A DNA stretch of 64,000 bases, from the IMG/VR virus record IMGVR_UViG_3300031963_000068, positions 20,231 through 84,230 of that record, one strand, 5' to 3'. Each line of letters starts with the position of its first letter. Within the stretch, counting starts at the first letter, position 1. Below the pieces are notes generated by a model. That model made no database searches. It was given only the letters and a program-made list of their open reading frames with translations, and was not told the origin of the DNA. This document shows positions 1 to 10,123 of the stretch, in pieces. The stretch comes from a virus (Duplodnaviria; Caudoviricetes). The position numbers and the translations under genes were made by a program.

Positions 1-1513
1 TTCCACCAGAACCTCCACGTTCAATATTACCATAACCACCTGAATTGTTAGAAGTCGGAATACTAGCAGATGAACCACCTCCACCACCTCCACCACCAAA
101 AGCAATTAGGTTACTACCAAATCCAGAACCTAGTGCTGAAGTACCAAATATCGAATCAGTACCCGCGGCACCATCACTTCCATCTTGATTATTGGCAGTC
201 ACTACTCCTCTACTACCACCCTGACCAACCTGAACCGTCTCTGAGTTTTGTAAATCAGAAGCCCTGAAAATAGCTCGTGAAAAACCTCCACCACCTCCAC
301 CATTACCACCCCATCGAGCAGTACTAGTAGCTGACCTTCTACCAGCACCTCCTCCTCCGCCACCACCAATACAAATCACTTCAACCTTATCTGCATTTGC
401 AGGCTTTGACCAACTAAAAATTGTTGTAAGTGGACTAGCAATAACCGTGTAAACCTGAACATCAATAACATTCAGTGTACCGGATGTTCCAGATGTTCTT
501 GATAAACCAGAAGGAGCAATAGCTCCTTGACTAGTTGATATACCAGAAGTTCCACTTGTCGTAGCATTAGGAAAAGAAGATTGAAAACCAGAAAAATTTG
601 GATTATTACCGGTAGTTCCTGAAGTACCTTGTGTACCAGATGTACCTACAGCTCTGCTAAGACCACCCGTACCAGAGCTACCAGAGGTACCATTGGTTGA
701 ATTTAATCCAGCAGTACCACTAGTAGAAAAATTGGTTGATATTCCTGTGTTACCACTACTACCAGATGTTGTGGAAAATCTGTTACCACCACTCTCTCCA
801 CTCGTACCAGAAGTTCTAGATAGACCGTTAGTAGTCAGACCTGATGTTCCATTTGTTCCTGAAACCGAAACAAAACTACTTGAGGTTCCAGACGATCCAG
901 CGGTACTCTGTGGCGTTTGAGCAGATATACCTGAATTTCCAAATGTACCAGATGAACCAGAGGTCAATGAAACCCTGCTTGAACCAGAATTTGATGAATT
1001 TGATGAATTTCCAGACGTACCAGAAGTTTTATTTGAACCAGATGTTCCACTTGTACCATTCGTACCTGATGTAGAAGAATTTCCAGCGGTTCCTGTAGTA
1101 CCATTTGCTGAAGACTGACCAGAAGTACCGGAAGTTGAATTTGTACCAGAAGTGGATGATTGGCTTGACAAACCAGACGTACCACTCGTACCATTAGTTC
1201 CAGAAGTAGAAGAATTTCCAGCGGTTCCTGTAGTACCATTACTTCTTGAATTACCAGCCGTGCCTGATGTAGAAGAGGTACCAGCTGTTGAATTTATACT
1301 TGAAATCCCACTTGAACCTGAAGTACCAGAACTACCAGAACTACCGGATGTTGTAGATAAACCACTAGTACCTGTTGTACCAGAACTACCAGAAGTACCA
1401 GAAGTACCAGAAGTAGAACTTACTAAGCTATTAGTAGATTGTCCAGATGTACCAGATTGACCATTTGTACCGGACGTACCAGTATCTATAACAATACCAT
1501 TTATTTTCTGCAT
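1..1513 (-). CDS. Partial (runs off the window start) Gly/Ser/Thr-repeat virion protein with glycine-rich domain
   Basis: Not in ORF track. ATG at 1513 (MQKINGIVIDTGTSGTNGQSGTSG...), open to position 1; about 340 aa of GTS-type repeats, then WSKPANADKVEVICIGGGGGGGAG...GGNGGGGGG, typical of phage tail glycine-rich domains; ATATATA 4 nt upstream. Confidence 0.8.
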   Translation of the reverse strand, partial: MQKINGIVIDTGTSGTNGQSGTSGQSTNSLVSSTSGTSGTSGSSGTTGTSGLSTTSGSSGSSGTSGSSGISSINSTAGTSSTSGTAGNSRSNGTTGTAGNSSTSGTNGTSGTSGLSSQSSTSGTNSTSGTSGQSSANGTTGTAGNSSTSGTNGTSGTSGSNKTSGTSGNSSNSSNSGSSRVSLTSGSSGTFGNSGISAQTPQSTAGSSGTSSSFVSVSGTNGTSGLTTNGLSRTSGTSGESGGNRFSTTSGSSGNTGISTNFSTSGTAGLNSTNGTSGSSGTGGLSRAVGTSGTQGTSGTTGNNPNFSGFQSSFPNATTSGTSGISTSQGAIAPSGLSRTSGTSGTLNVIDVQVYTVIASPLTTIFSWSKPANADKVEVICIGGGGGGGAGRRSATSTARWGGNGGGGGGFSRAIFRASDLQNSETVQVGQGGSRGVVTANNQDGSDGAAGTDSIFGTSALGSGFGSNLIAFGGGGGGGGSSASIPTSNNSGGYGNIERGGSGG

Positions 1514-1516
1514 GTC

Positions 1517-1529
1517 TTATATATTAAAA
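1517..1529 (-). promoter_or_regulatory. Putative late promoter TTTTAATATATAA
   Basis: Recurrent motif; 4 nt before ATG at 1513. Confidence 0.6.
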
Positions 1530-1537
1530 TACAAGTC

Positions 1538-4183
1538 TTACAATTCTATCCAATCTTGAGAAGGATTAAAATAAATTCTTCTATTTGTAGAAGTTCCTAT
1601 TACATAACCTATGACTCTTACAATATTTCCAGCAGAAGAAGGCGCAGCAGCGACTGTTCTACCAGCTGTTGAAGAACTCAAAAATAATGGCTCTCCTATA
1701 TTACCAACGGTGAATAAAGAAGAACGATAGAAGCCTCTTACTAACATACCATCATTGGTTGAGTTTGTGCCAATTGCAACGGCTAATAAATCATTTCCGC
1801 CATTTACCAATACATCACCTTGTGCTTTAGTCCAAGTACCACCGGTATTTAGGTAGTAAATTTCACCAGCAACAGTTGTTGTATTTCCAAAATTAACAAT
1901 ATCACCATAACCGGTGCTATCAGCCGATAAATAAGTATTGGATGTAGGGTCAGATATTAAATCATAACTACCAGATAATACTAAATTTGTACCATCAAAA
2001 GTAAAGTTTGGTTCACCATCTAATGTAGAAGCAGTACCAGTCATAGTAACAACTCTGTTATTAGAATTACCATTTAGTGTGACCGTCGCTGAGTTGCCAG
2101 ATGTTCCAGAAGTTCCTTGGTTTGTTGTTATAAACAATAATAAATCAATTGAATTACTAAAGTTAGTAGTACCTGTTCCACCAGAATCTATATAAGTTAC
2201 CGGAAATGAATAGTAGTTATTAGAAACAAAAGTTGGATTAGAATTTACTTTCCAAGTCTGATAATTATTTGAATTTGTTCTATCTTGAATTATAATATTC
2301 TGACCAATTTGCATCAACCCTAGAAATACATCAATATCATCACTATTTGTAGTAAAATGATCGATGTTGATAATAGTAGAAGCTGTCTGACCTGAGCTAT
2401 TCCAAATTATGAAACCTGGTCCTGGATCTCCACTGAATATTGTTGTGTTGGATTGATACGGAAATACATTGGACGAACCACCGTTTAAACCACTAGTACC
2501 GGAAGTTCCTTTAGTTCCGGAAGTTCCAGCAGTTCCATTGGCACCATTAGCACCGGAAGTTCCGGCAGTTCCATTAGCACCATTAGCACCCGAGGTTCCA
2601 GCAGTTCCGTTAGCACCATTAGCACCCGAGGTTCCAGCAGTTCCGTTAGCACCATTAGCACCGGAAGTTCCTGATGTTCCGTTAGCACCATTTGCACCAG
2701 AAGTTCCTGATGTTCCGTTAGCACCATTTGCACCAGAAGTTCCTGATGTTCCATTAGCACCGGAAGTTCCTGATGTTCCATTAGCACCGGAAGTTCCGGC
2801 AGTTCCATTAGCACCCGAGGTTCCAGCAGTTCCGTTAGCACCATTAGCACCCGAAGTCCCCGAAGTCCCAGCAGCTGAATTGATTGTTAATATGTTACCA
2901 TTTGTATCAAAACCAAGAGCTCCAATAGAAGTTCCTGGAAATTTACCAGCGGTGTTATAATTAGGTAGTTGTAATTGACCAGTCAAATGATTTATTTGTA
3001 AATCAACAGCACTTGAAGTAGTATTATTTCCTTTAAGTATTCTAAAGGAGTCTTGATAGTTATCTATAGCAGAAGCTGTACCATATCCAGAACCAGATTG
3101 AAGTGTTATTTGACCACCTTCACCAGAACCTCCTCTTGCGCCCAGAAATAAAGTAGCCTCTGTTGATGAATAAGTTGTTCCTATTAGAACGGATATTGAA
3201 TTCTGTGTCGAAGACTGCGTAACTGTCATCCATGTTGAAGCAACAGCAGCATTTGTAGAACCATCTGACAATAAAACACGTAAATTGCCAGCATTACTGA
3301 TTGTGTTGAAACCTGTTCCAGAAGTACCTGATGTTCCGTTAGCACCCGAGGTTCCAGCAGTTCCGTTAGCACCATTAGCACCCGAGGTTCCAGCAGTTCC
3401 GTTAGCACCATTAGCACCCGAGGTTCCAGCAGTTCCGTTAGCACCATTAGCACCAGAAGTTCCAGCAGTTCCGTTAGCACCGTTAGCACCCGAGGTTCCA
3501 GAAGTGCCATTAATTCCAGAGGTTCCGGATGTTCCCGATACCCCATCAAGACCATTTAATAAAATCCAATCATTAAGTGAAGATGGAACATTATTATTAT
3601 TATTTGCAGTGGATTGATAAGAAAACAAACCATCAATAACAATATCACCATCTTGATATGTTCCAGCTACATAAGCACCTTTATATGGTGATGTTCCTGA
3701 AGTTCCAGATGTACCATTATCACCAGCAGCACCGTTAACACCGGATGTCCCAGAAGAACCTGATGTACCATTATCTCCTTGATTACCGGAAGTTCCTGAT
3801 GTACCATTATCTCCTTGATTACCGGAAGTTCCAGCAGTCCCATTATTTCCATTAACACCGGAAGTTCCAGCAGTTCCGTTAGCACCATCTACACCAGAAG
3901 TTCCTGATGTTCCATTAGAACCTGTTGCACCCATGCCAGATGTACCTGATTGTTTTAAAACTAAATTCCCATCTAAAATACCACCATAAAACCAATATTC
4001 TACTATGGGATCAGAACCAACAATAATACCAACCGTCAAACCTTCATATCTATAAGATGGTAATAAGTAAGTAGTTGCTGCCGAAAGAGCTGCTGATAAG
4101 TTGGCACCAGTATATGGACCATATTTGGCATCACCGGGACCTGTAGTTTTAGCTAGTATGTTATCACTTAAATTAATTGCCAT
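1538..4183 (-). CDS. Tail fibre/virion protein with Gly-X-Y (GTS/GAN/GTA) repeat segments
   Basis: 881 aa; three Gly-X-Y arrays separating globular domains; C-terminal GEIYYL...WTKA...AVAIG...LFLS...IVRVIGY...IYFNPS domain typical of virion proteins. Confidence 0.7.
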   Translation of the reverse strand: MAINLSDNILAKTTGPGDAKYGPYTGANLSAALSAATTYLLPSYRYEGLTVGIIVGSDPIVEYWFYGGILDGNLVLKQSGTSGMGATGSNGTSGTSGVDGANGTAGTSGVNGNNGTAGTSGNQGDNGTSGTSGNQGDNGTSGSSGTSGVNGAAGDNGTSGTSGTSPYKGAYVAGTYQDGDIVIDGLFSYQSTANNNNNVPSSLNDWILLNGLDGVSGTSGTSGINGTSGTSGANGANGTAGTSGANGANGTAGTSGANGANGTAGTSGANGANGTAGTSGANGTSGTSGTGFNTISNAGNLRVLLSDGSTNAAVASTWMTVTQSSTQNSISVLIGTTYSSTEATLFLGARGGSGEGGQITLQSGSGYGTASAIDNYQDSFRILKGNNTTSSAVDLQINHLTGQLQLPNYNTAGKFPGTSIGALGFDTNGNILTINSAAGTSGTSGANGANGTAGTSGANGTAGTSGANGTSGTSGANGTSGTSGANGANGTSGTSGANGANGTSGTSGANGANGTAGTSGANGANGTAGTSGANGANGTAGTSGANGANGTAGTSGTKGTSGTSGLNGGSSNVFPYQSNTTIFSGDPGPGFIIWNSSGQTASTIINIDHFTTNSDDIDVFLGLMQIGQNIIIQDRTNSNNYQTWKVNSNPTFVSNNYYSFPVTYIDSGGTGTTNFSNSIDLLLFITTNQGTSGTSGNSATVTLNGNSNNRVVTMTGTASTLDGEPNFTFDGTNLVLSGSYDLISDPTSNTYLSADSTGYGDIVNFGNTTTVAGEIYYLNTGGTWTKAQGDVLVNGGNDLLAVAIGTNSTNDGMLVRGFYRSSLFTVGNIGEPLFLSSSTAGRTVAAAPSSAGNIVRVIGYVIGTSTNRRIYFNPSQDWIEL
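2536..2870. repeat. Coding tandem repeat, 36/27-nt units ([12 protein letters not shown])
   Basis: Unit gcacccgaggttccagcagttccgttagcaccatta and variants repeated about 10 times. Confidence 0.85.
3322..3500. repeat. Coding tandem repeat, 36-nt units identical to those in the 2536-2870 array
   Basis: gcacccgaggttccagcagttccgttagcaccatta about 4-5 copies. Confidence 0.85.
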
Positions 4184-4200
4184 TTTATTCTAAATCTATT

Positions 4201-5658
4201 TTAGGAGATTGTCGCAGTTCCCAAAGTTGTTACTTTATTCGCTGGATAAATTTTAAACGTGACAGTCCAGTAACCATCCGGTGAAACAACAGAAAGCGTT
4301 GTAGGAGAAGCAAATAAATCCGTAACACCACCAATACTTCCATTATTTAAAGCATTTTCAAACCAAGTTGTCTTCGTTGGGTAAACACTATATACAGCAA
4401 ACCAAGGCCACTCACCTGAAGCATTAAATGCCATACTCAAAGAACCACTACCAGCATTTACAACTTTTGTAAAATCAGTACCAGATTCAATTATACTAAC
4501 AATTTGACTAGCCGTTTTCTGTGTAGAAGTTTTACCATAAAAATATGGATAGTAACCAGTAATAGTCTGTGAGTTTGATGCAAAATTTGTACTAGATGCC
4601 TGAGGAGCTGAAGTTGTCCTAACAGCAGGCGTAGCACTATGAGTAATACCCTTATTATTCTTTTTTGCTATACCAGCATCATAGTCACCTGTACCAGAAT
4701 AAACTATCGTGCTACTATCCCCCGAAACAGGAGCAGGCACCATTATTGACTCAGATGTATTTATTTGATATGTTAAATTTGGGTTATTTGGATCCGCATA
4801 ACCAAACTGAGCAGCAATTGAAGTAGTTGTATTTACCGTCATACTCGCAGTTGAGGTAACTGTCAATAAAGCAGTATTTCCAGCACCATTTATATTTTTA
4901 TTAATAACCAGTTTGGAAAAAGGACCAGAATCATTTTCAGTACCGGTTAAAGTTATTGTTGGACTAACAGTAAGACCAATCTCTCTTATTCCTGTAACAT
5001 CTGAAGAAGCTGCTATAGTAGGTATAGTATAAGTAGGACTGACAGTCGGAAACAACAAATCATCAAATAATTGGACAATTGTTTTACTATTCAAATCAGC
5101 AACCGTTGTAGTAGCTGGTATCCCACCAACTGTAGCTGGCATAGCTAAAGATGAATCTAAAGCAGAGTTATAAATCGTATCAATTATACTATTAGTAGTT
5201 CCTGGTGTTATTTCTATTCCAGAATTATTAGAAGTAATTATATCTACTGACCCACTACCACCACCAGTTCCTGACGAATAAGAACTAAATGTTAGACCAG
5301 TAACGCCCAATTGTATTGGATTTGAAGTATTAAGAACAAAAGTTTTATTACCATTTATTGAGCCAGATGTTACAAAAATTTGAAGACCTTGTAAAAAATC
5401 ATCATCTATACTAGAATCAGTAGATCTTGACCAACTTCCATCAGAACCAGTACCAACGACATTAACAGTATAAATACCATTCTCTATATTTGTTGTTTGA
5501 TCCTTTACTAAAACTCTATAACCAACTTGTAAAGATTGACCGTCTAAAGTATCAGGAGCACCATTACTTAAATCAACAATGTTAGTTGTTGTGGCTAAAT
5601 TACATGGTTGTTTAACCGGAAGTCCTTTAATCGAAGAATAGCCTATTCTTGTAATCAT
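4201..5658 (-). CDS. Virion structural/fibre-associated protein
   Basis: N-terminal RVLVKDQ...NGIY...WSRSTD module shared with 12918..15542; VGGIPA...QLFDDLLFP module shared with 17208..18218. Confidence 0.65.
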   Translation of the reverse strand: MITRIGYSSIKGLPVKQPCNLATTTNIVDLSNGAPDTLDGQSLQVGYRVLVKDQTTNIENGIYTVNVVGTGSDGSWSRSTDSSIDDDFLQGLQIFVTSGSINGNKTFVLNTSNPIQLGVTGLTFSSYSSGTGGGSGSVDIITSNNSGIEITPGTTNSIIDTIYNSALDSSLAMPATVGGIPATTTVADLNSKTIVQLFDDLLFPTVSPTYTIPTIAASSDVTGIREIGLTVSPTITLTGTENDSGPFSKLVINKNINGAGNTALLTVTSTASMTVNTTTSIAAQFGYADPNNPNLTYQINTSESIMVPAPVSGDSSTIVYSGTGDYDAGIAKKNNKGITHSATPAVRTTSAPQASSTNFASNSQTITGYYPYFYGKTSTQKTASQIVSIIESGTDFTKVVNAGSGSLSMAFNASGEWPWFAVYSVYPTKTTWFENALNNGSIGGVTDLFASPTTLSVVSPDGYWTVTFKIYPANKVTTLGTATIS

Positions 5659-5685
5659 TGTTTAAAAAATTTTTATTATCTTATC

Positions 5686-5697
5686 TTATATATTAAA
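5686..5697 (-). promoter_or_regulatory. Putative late promoter TTTAATATATAA
   Basis: Recurrent motif, 28 nt before ATG 5658. Confidence 0.6.
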
Positions 5698-5748
5698 TAA
5701 ATAAAACCTTTTTAAATAAGAAATTGAAAAATATAAAATTAGATTTCT

Positions 5749-7026
5749 TTATAAATAAATTCTTTTAAATAATTTTATATTATCAACAGCAAAAGGAGGA
5801 TTGTTTCCAGTACCAAAATCATTTGACCAACCAAATACTAGTCTTTTTGTTTGACCCTTATACCCGTTAAGTAAAATTAGTTCCTGTCGCCAGAAACTAT
5901 CCGGACCTCCATATCCACTATTAAATTTACCAAGATTAGTAGTAGCACCAATTCGACCATTATTTGTAGGCGCTGAGGTTGGAGTGGCCTGAGTATTTGT
6001 TAAATCAGTACCAGCAACAGGAGTAGTCGAAGTAGCAACAATATGAACAGTACCATAATCATAACCAAGACTATTACCAGCAGCATTTTCACCATAACAT
6101 TTCCAATCAAAACTAAGATAAAAATCTCCTGTTTCATTTGGTATTGTAATATCTTTATAAAAATGTGAAACTCTTGATGTTGGACCAGCTGTGTAAGCAT
6201 GAGTCGTACCGTTTGTAGCTGAAATATATGCCGAAAATGTACCAGAGGAACCAGTAGCAGCGGTTCCTACAAACCATTGGTTTACTGAATCATTTACTAT
6301 TGTCCATGAATTAGTTGAGAATGTACCTGATGAAAATTCTTCATCTAAAACATATGTAACTATTGCATCCTCCAACTTTAAAACTTGTAATGAAGCATTT
6401 TCAACTCGGTACCCTGATGTGACAGTCGAAGGTAGTCTATATCTTTTAGCAATAGAAATTCCTTGATTTGGTAAAATCTCAGTTATAATATTAGATTGAG
6501 CAACCATTTTAAAGTTAGCATACGTAGCTGAACTTCTCATCAACTCATTTGTAATACCTTTAGTTGGACTTATAGTTTTAGTACCAGATATCGGATAAAG
6601 AGTTGGCACCATTTCTATAGAGTGGGCATCTGTTATATTGACAAAAGTAGCTGATGACCTAATTAAATATTTACCAATACTACCTGGATCTGTAATTCTT
6701 AAACAACCATTAAACGAGGATGTGAAACCCAACATATCAGCATCATTTCTATAACTTCCCGGACTTGTTCCACCAATCGAAGTAGAAGCGTCAAAATACC
6801 ATGTTCCTGTTGTACTATCAGTGTCAGTAGTCACAGAAGATCCAGTAAAATAAATACCACCATAATTAGGAGTTACTAAAATCTCCCAACCCGATGTATT
6901 ATAAATAAAATATTTTCCACTTTCATTATCAAGCGCAATGACTCCGGTTGTTGCAGAATGTGTGGGCGCACCACTTACAACCTGATACAATACCGAACCA
7001 ACTGAAATTTCATTTAATACTGGCAT
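5749..7026 (-). CDS. Virion protein with C-terminal beta-sandwich (adhesin/carbohydrate-binding-like) domain
   Basis: N-terminal GAPTH...GWEIL..P.YGGIY shared with 7030..7647; C-terminal EEFSSG...WTIVN...NQWFVG...AYIS...LSFDWKC.GE...RLVFGW.ND...AVDNI. Confidence 0.55.
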   Translation of the reverse strand: MPVLNEISVGSVLYQVVSGAPTHSATTGVIALDNESGKYFIYNTSGWEILVTPNYGGIYFTGSSVTTDTDSTTGTWYFDASTSIGGTSPGSYRNDADMLGFTSSFNGCLRITDPGSIGKYLIRSSATFVNITDAHSIEMVPTLYPISGTKTISPTKGITNELMRSSATYANFKMVAQSNIITEILPNQGISIAKRYRLPSTVTSGYRVENASLQVLKLEDAIVTYVLDEEFSSGTFSTNSWTIVNDSVNQWFVGTAATGSSGTFSAYISATNGTTHAYTAGPTSRVSHFYKDITIPNETGDFYLSFDWKCYGENAAGNSLGYDYGTVHIVATSTTPVAGTDLTNTQATPTSAPTNNGRIGATTNLGKFNSGYGGPDSFWRQELILLNGYKGQTKRLVFGWSNDFGTGNNPPFAVDNIKLFKRIYL

Positions 7027-7029
7027 ATT

Positions 7030-7647
7030 TTAATATATTTTTATAGCAGTAAGAGAAGCATGTCTTAAATTTACAGAAACAGTTGCTGTTGTGCATCTAA
7101 CAACAGTAGATATAGTATCACTATCGGAAAGATTTAAATATCCAGAAACATTTATATTCCTATAATCAGCAGGTGATAAAAATAAAACCGTTGCTGCTTG
7201 ATACATGTTATTGGATGGAGTAGCACCATTTACTGAAACCCCAATTTCATAAGTTTGATTTGAAGCAGGATTACCAATCGAACCATTAAGAGTTACAATA
7301 TATTTACCTGATTTACCAGTCAAAACTTGAATAGATGAACTCGTTCCTGATTGCGTAAAACCATTGAAGAAACCAGCATTAGACCAACTTAAGCTATTTG
7401 TAGGGACCCAAGTATTTGTAGTAGAGAAGGTTGTAGATACAGCATTTGCATTCAAATATATTTCTCCATATCCTGGTTTTAATAATGGTTCCCATCCAGA
7501 GGCATTACCTGTCGAGTTGACCCAAGGAGTCCCTGTTGAAGTATCAGTATATAACGAACCCTTTGGTGAAATATGATCAGGGGTTCCATTACCACTTCCT
7601 AATTCAATAGAACCTAAAGATTTTGATATCAAATTGTTAGTAGGCAT
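7030..7647 (-). CDS. Virion protein, C1q/BclA-like beta-sandwich tip (putative)
   Basis: Start revised to MPTNNL at 7647 (TAATG overlap with upstream stop); SGKYIVTLNGS...GYLNLSDSDTIS...LTAIKI pattern. Confidence 0.55.
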   Translation of the reverse strand: MPTNNLISKSLGSIELGSGNGTPDHISPKGSLYTDTSTGTPWVNSTGNASGWEPLLKPGYGEIYLNANAVSTTFSTTNTWVPTNSLSWSNAGFFNGFTQSGTSSSIQVLTGKSGKYIVTLNGSIGNPASNQTYEIGVSVNGATPSNNMYQAATVLFLSPADYRNINVSGYLNLSDSDTISTVVRCTTATVSVNLRHASLTAIKIY

Positions 7648-10013
7648 TATATAATTCGTTGATATTTTGTAATCCAATTAACGGTTTGTGAACTAGTACC
7701 AGTAACTTGTACAATCAAGTTTCCTGTCGAACATGTAAATGAAAGATTTGTTGGTATAAGACCGGATTGCTTATCTAATTGAGCATTACTCAAAACAACA
7801 TTAGCTGTACCACTAAAGTTAGTAAGCACAAGCTCTCTTCTCCAAGCACCCCATATTGTATTACTACAAGTAGCAGTAACATAAACTTCTACTATACTAG
7901 TAAAACCTTGAGGCACCGAAATAGTTGCAGCATTTATTGTAGAACCTGTAGTAGTTTGAGCGGTAGTTGTCAATCTACTAGCGGTCCAACTACCATTTCC
8001 AGAACTATCAGAAACCATTATATACTCATTATCAGCACCATTAGTCATTCTAAATCCAGTAGAAGATACAGTACCAACAACCTCCAACTTATAATTTGGA
8101 GAAGCTGTACCAAAACCAACTAAATCTCCTAAAACATTTATAGAACCATCCTCTGTTCTAAAGTGAGGAGCTGCCTTTCCATCAACACCACCTCTATCCG
8201 CTGAATATAATTGAAAACCATCAATAAAATTACTTTCTGTAGGACTTTGATTTACTGAACTAGAAGTACTGCTATATAAATTTAGAGCATTATCAGGTGA
8301 CAATTTCATCTGAAGATTAGAAAGTAAAGCTGAATTTTTATGCCACATAAAACCAGCATTAAATCCATCACGTGCAGTATTCGTACCATAATACAAAGTT
8401 GGATTCACAAAATGCATCCTATAAGGCACGTTATTTGCATCAACAAAAGAAGAATGTTGAAATAAAAATGTGTTATCACTATAAGTTCCAGTATTGGACC
8501 TTCTAGTTAAAGATATTTGACAATCACCAGATGTGCTGTAACCAGTATCAAATATCAATCTATTGTTATTATAACCAGCTATAGATATATCTCTTGTACC
8601 AATATCTGTTCTATTTCCAACTTTTAGATTACCATTTCCAGTAAACTCTAATAGATTTAAATCATTTGCAGCATTTCTAATAATTAATGGTAAGTCCGTA
8701 GATGATGAACCCGTCGCGATTATAGTCAAATGTGCACCACTTCCAGTACCAGAACCAATTCCTAATTGGACAACATTTGTTGTGCTATTAAAAGTCAATC
8801 TTTGACTTTGTTGAACAAAATTACCAGATTGAAATAATAACTGATTATTTGTACCTCCAATTACTGATGTTGTTCCAATAACTATAGGGGTTGTAGCAAT
8901 AGCTGATGAAGTCCAAGTTGCCAATCCAGTTGAATCCGAAATTAAATAAAAACCACTAGAAGCACCATCTGTTATCTTAAGTGTTTTTCCTGTAAACTGA
9001 CCAGCAGTAACATTTGAGTAAGTTATTCGGTTAACAGGACCAATACTAATATGGTCATTAGTAGTTGAAGCAAAGGTCCACTCATCTGAATTTTCATCCC
9101 AATAAAAAGCCTGAGTAGCACCGGTTCCTCTATCAATAAAAATACCAGAATCTAACGCAGGCGTTGATTGACTATGTGACAACACGATAATTGAATCACC
9201 AACTATTAAATTCGATGTATTAATAGTAGAAGAAGAACCTAAAATTGAAAAAGAACCAGTGACTAGTAAATCTCCTTGTATGTTAAGTAGATTACCATCA
9301 AAGGTCAAATTTACTTCCGCATTAGCTGAGTTAGAAGTACCATCTGATGTTAAAATTCTATTATTTGAAAAATTAGAAATTGTGTTAAATCCTGTTCCAG
9401 AAGTACCAGCGGTACCACTAGATCCACTAGAACCGGATGTTCCTGATGAACCAGAAGTGCCGGAGGTACCAGACGAACCACTAGTTCCAGAAGTTCCACT
9501 AGTTCCAGAAGTTCCACTAAAACCAGAGGTTCCAGAAGTACCAACTGAACCAATAGAAACAGATGAACCTAACAATCTTAACGAGTCTGTGCTCGTAGGT
9601 GCCGGTCTATCAACATCTATAGATAAGGCTGTACCAGAAATAGTATAATCAATCGATGATTGCATTAATTGACCATTGATAAAAAATAGATTTGATGGAT
9701 ACAACAATGGATAAGCTAATACAAAGTTTTTGTTTACACCATTTTGTGTTCCAGATATCGGTATTTCTATAATACTTTGAGTAGCAACCAAAGACTGAGT
9801 CCATGTTGCCAAACCAGTACCATCAGAAGTTAAAACATATCCAGATTGTTGATTACCATCAACAATCTTTATTTTACCAACTAAAGAAAAAACATCGCTA
9901 TTTTGGTCCCAACTTAGCTTGTTTACATCTTCACTAACCGAACTTCCAGTTCCCAAAAAAAGTATGGAACCTTGAGAAGCTCCTCGTAGTTGTTTAATAT
10001 CAATTTGAGCCAT
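7647..10013 (-). CDS. Tail fibre-like protein with GTS repeat
   Basis: 788 aa; KIVDGNQQSGYVLTSDGTGLATW repeats, GTSG array, NRILTSDG..NSANAE.NLTFDG, VGFGTASPNYKLEVVG fibre motifs. Confidence 0.7.
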   Translation of the reverse strand: MAQIDIKQLRGASQGSILFLGTGSSVSEDVNKLSWDQNSDVFSLVGKIKIVDGNQQSGYVLTSDGTGLATWTQSLVATQSIIEIPISGTQNGVNKNFVLAYPLLYPSNLFFINGQLMQSSIDYTISGTALSIDVDRPAPTSTDSLRLLGSSVSIGSVGTSGTSGFSGTSGTSGTSGTSGSSGTSGTSGSSGTSGSSGSSGTAGTSGTGFNTISNFSNNRILTSDGTSNSANAEVNLTFDGNLLNIQGDLLVTGSFSILGSSSTINTSNLIVGDSIIVLSHSQSTPALDSGIFIDRGTGATQAFYWDENSDEWTFASTTNDHISIGPVNRITYSNVTAGQFTGKTLKITDGASSGFYLISDSTGLATWTSSAIATTPIVIGTTSVIGGTNNQLLFQSGNFVQQSQRLTFNSTTNVVQLGIGSGTGSGAHLTIIATGSSSTDLPLIIRNAANDLNLLEFTGNGNLKVGNRTDIGTRDISIAGYNNNRLIFDTGYSTSGDCQISLTRRSNTGTYSDNTFLFQHSSFVDANNVPYRMHFVNPTLYYGTNTARDGFNAGFMWHKNSALLSNLQMKLSPDNALNLYSSTSSSVNQSPTESNFIDGFQLYSADRGGVDGKAAPHFRTEDGSINVLGDLVGFGTASPNYKLEVVGTVSSTGFRMTNGADNEYIMVSDSSGNGSWTASRLTTTAQTTTGSTINAATISVPQGFTSIVEVYVTATCSNTIWGAWRRELVLTNFSGTANVVLSNAQLDKQSGLIPTNLSFTCSTGNLIVQVTGTSSQTVNWITKYQRII

Positions 10014-10041
10014 TAACGACTAATAAATTTTTTCACTTATC

Positions 10042-10053
10042 TATATATTAAAA
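10042..10053 (-). promoter_or_regulatory. Putative late promoter TTTTAATATATA
   Basis: Recurrent motif, 28 nt before ATG 10013. Confidence 0.6.
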
Positions 10054-10080
10054 CAATTTATCCTATTTTGAACGAAGCAC

Positions 10081-10110
10081 AAAAAAAGGAGTAAGTTTTC
10101 TTACTCCTTT
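10081..10110 (-). terminator. Intrinsic terminator
   Basis: AAAGGAGTAAG-4 nt loop-CTTACTCCTTT hairpin followed by T-tract on the minus strand, just after 10124..12889. Confidence 0.75.
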
Positions 10111-10123
10111 CTAATATTTATTA

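Noticed and set aside
2536-3500. 36-nt repeats as a CRISPR array
   Set aside because: Contiguous in-frame units without unique spacers; no cas genes
693-9648. Plus-strand PEVP/VPLAP-repeat ORFs and minus-strand MVL/ELLE ORFs (also 53361-53777, 54192-54584)
   Set aside because: Antisense or off-frame shadows of the GTS repeats, which lack stops in those frames; no promoter motif
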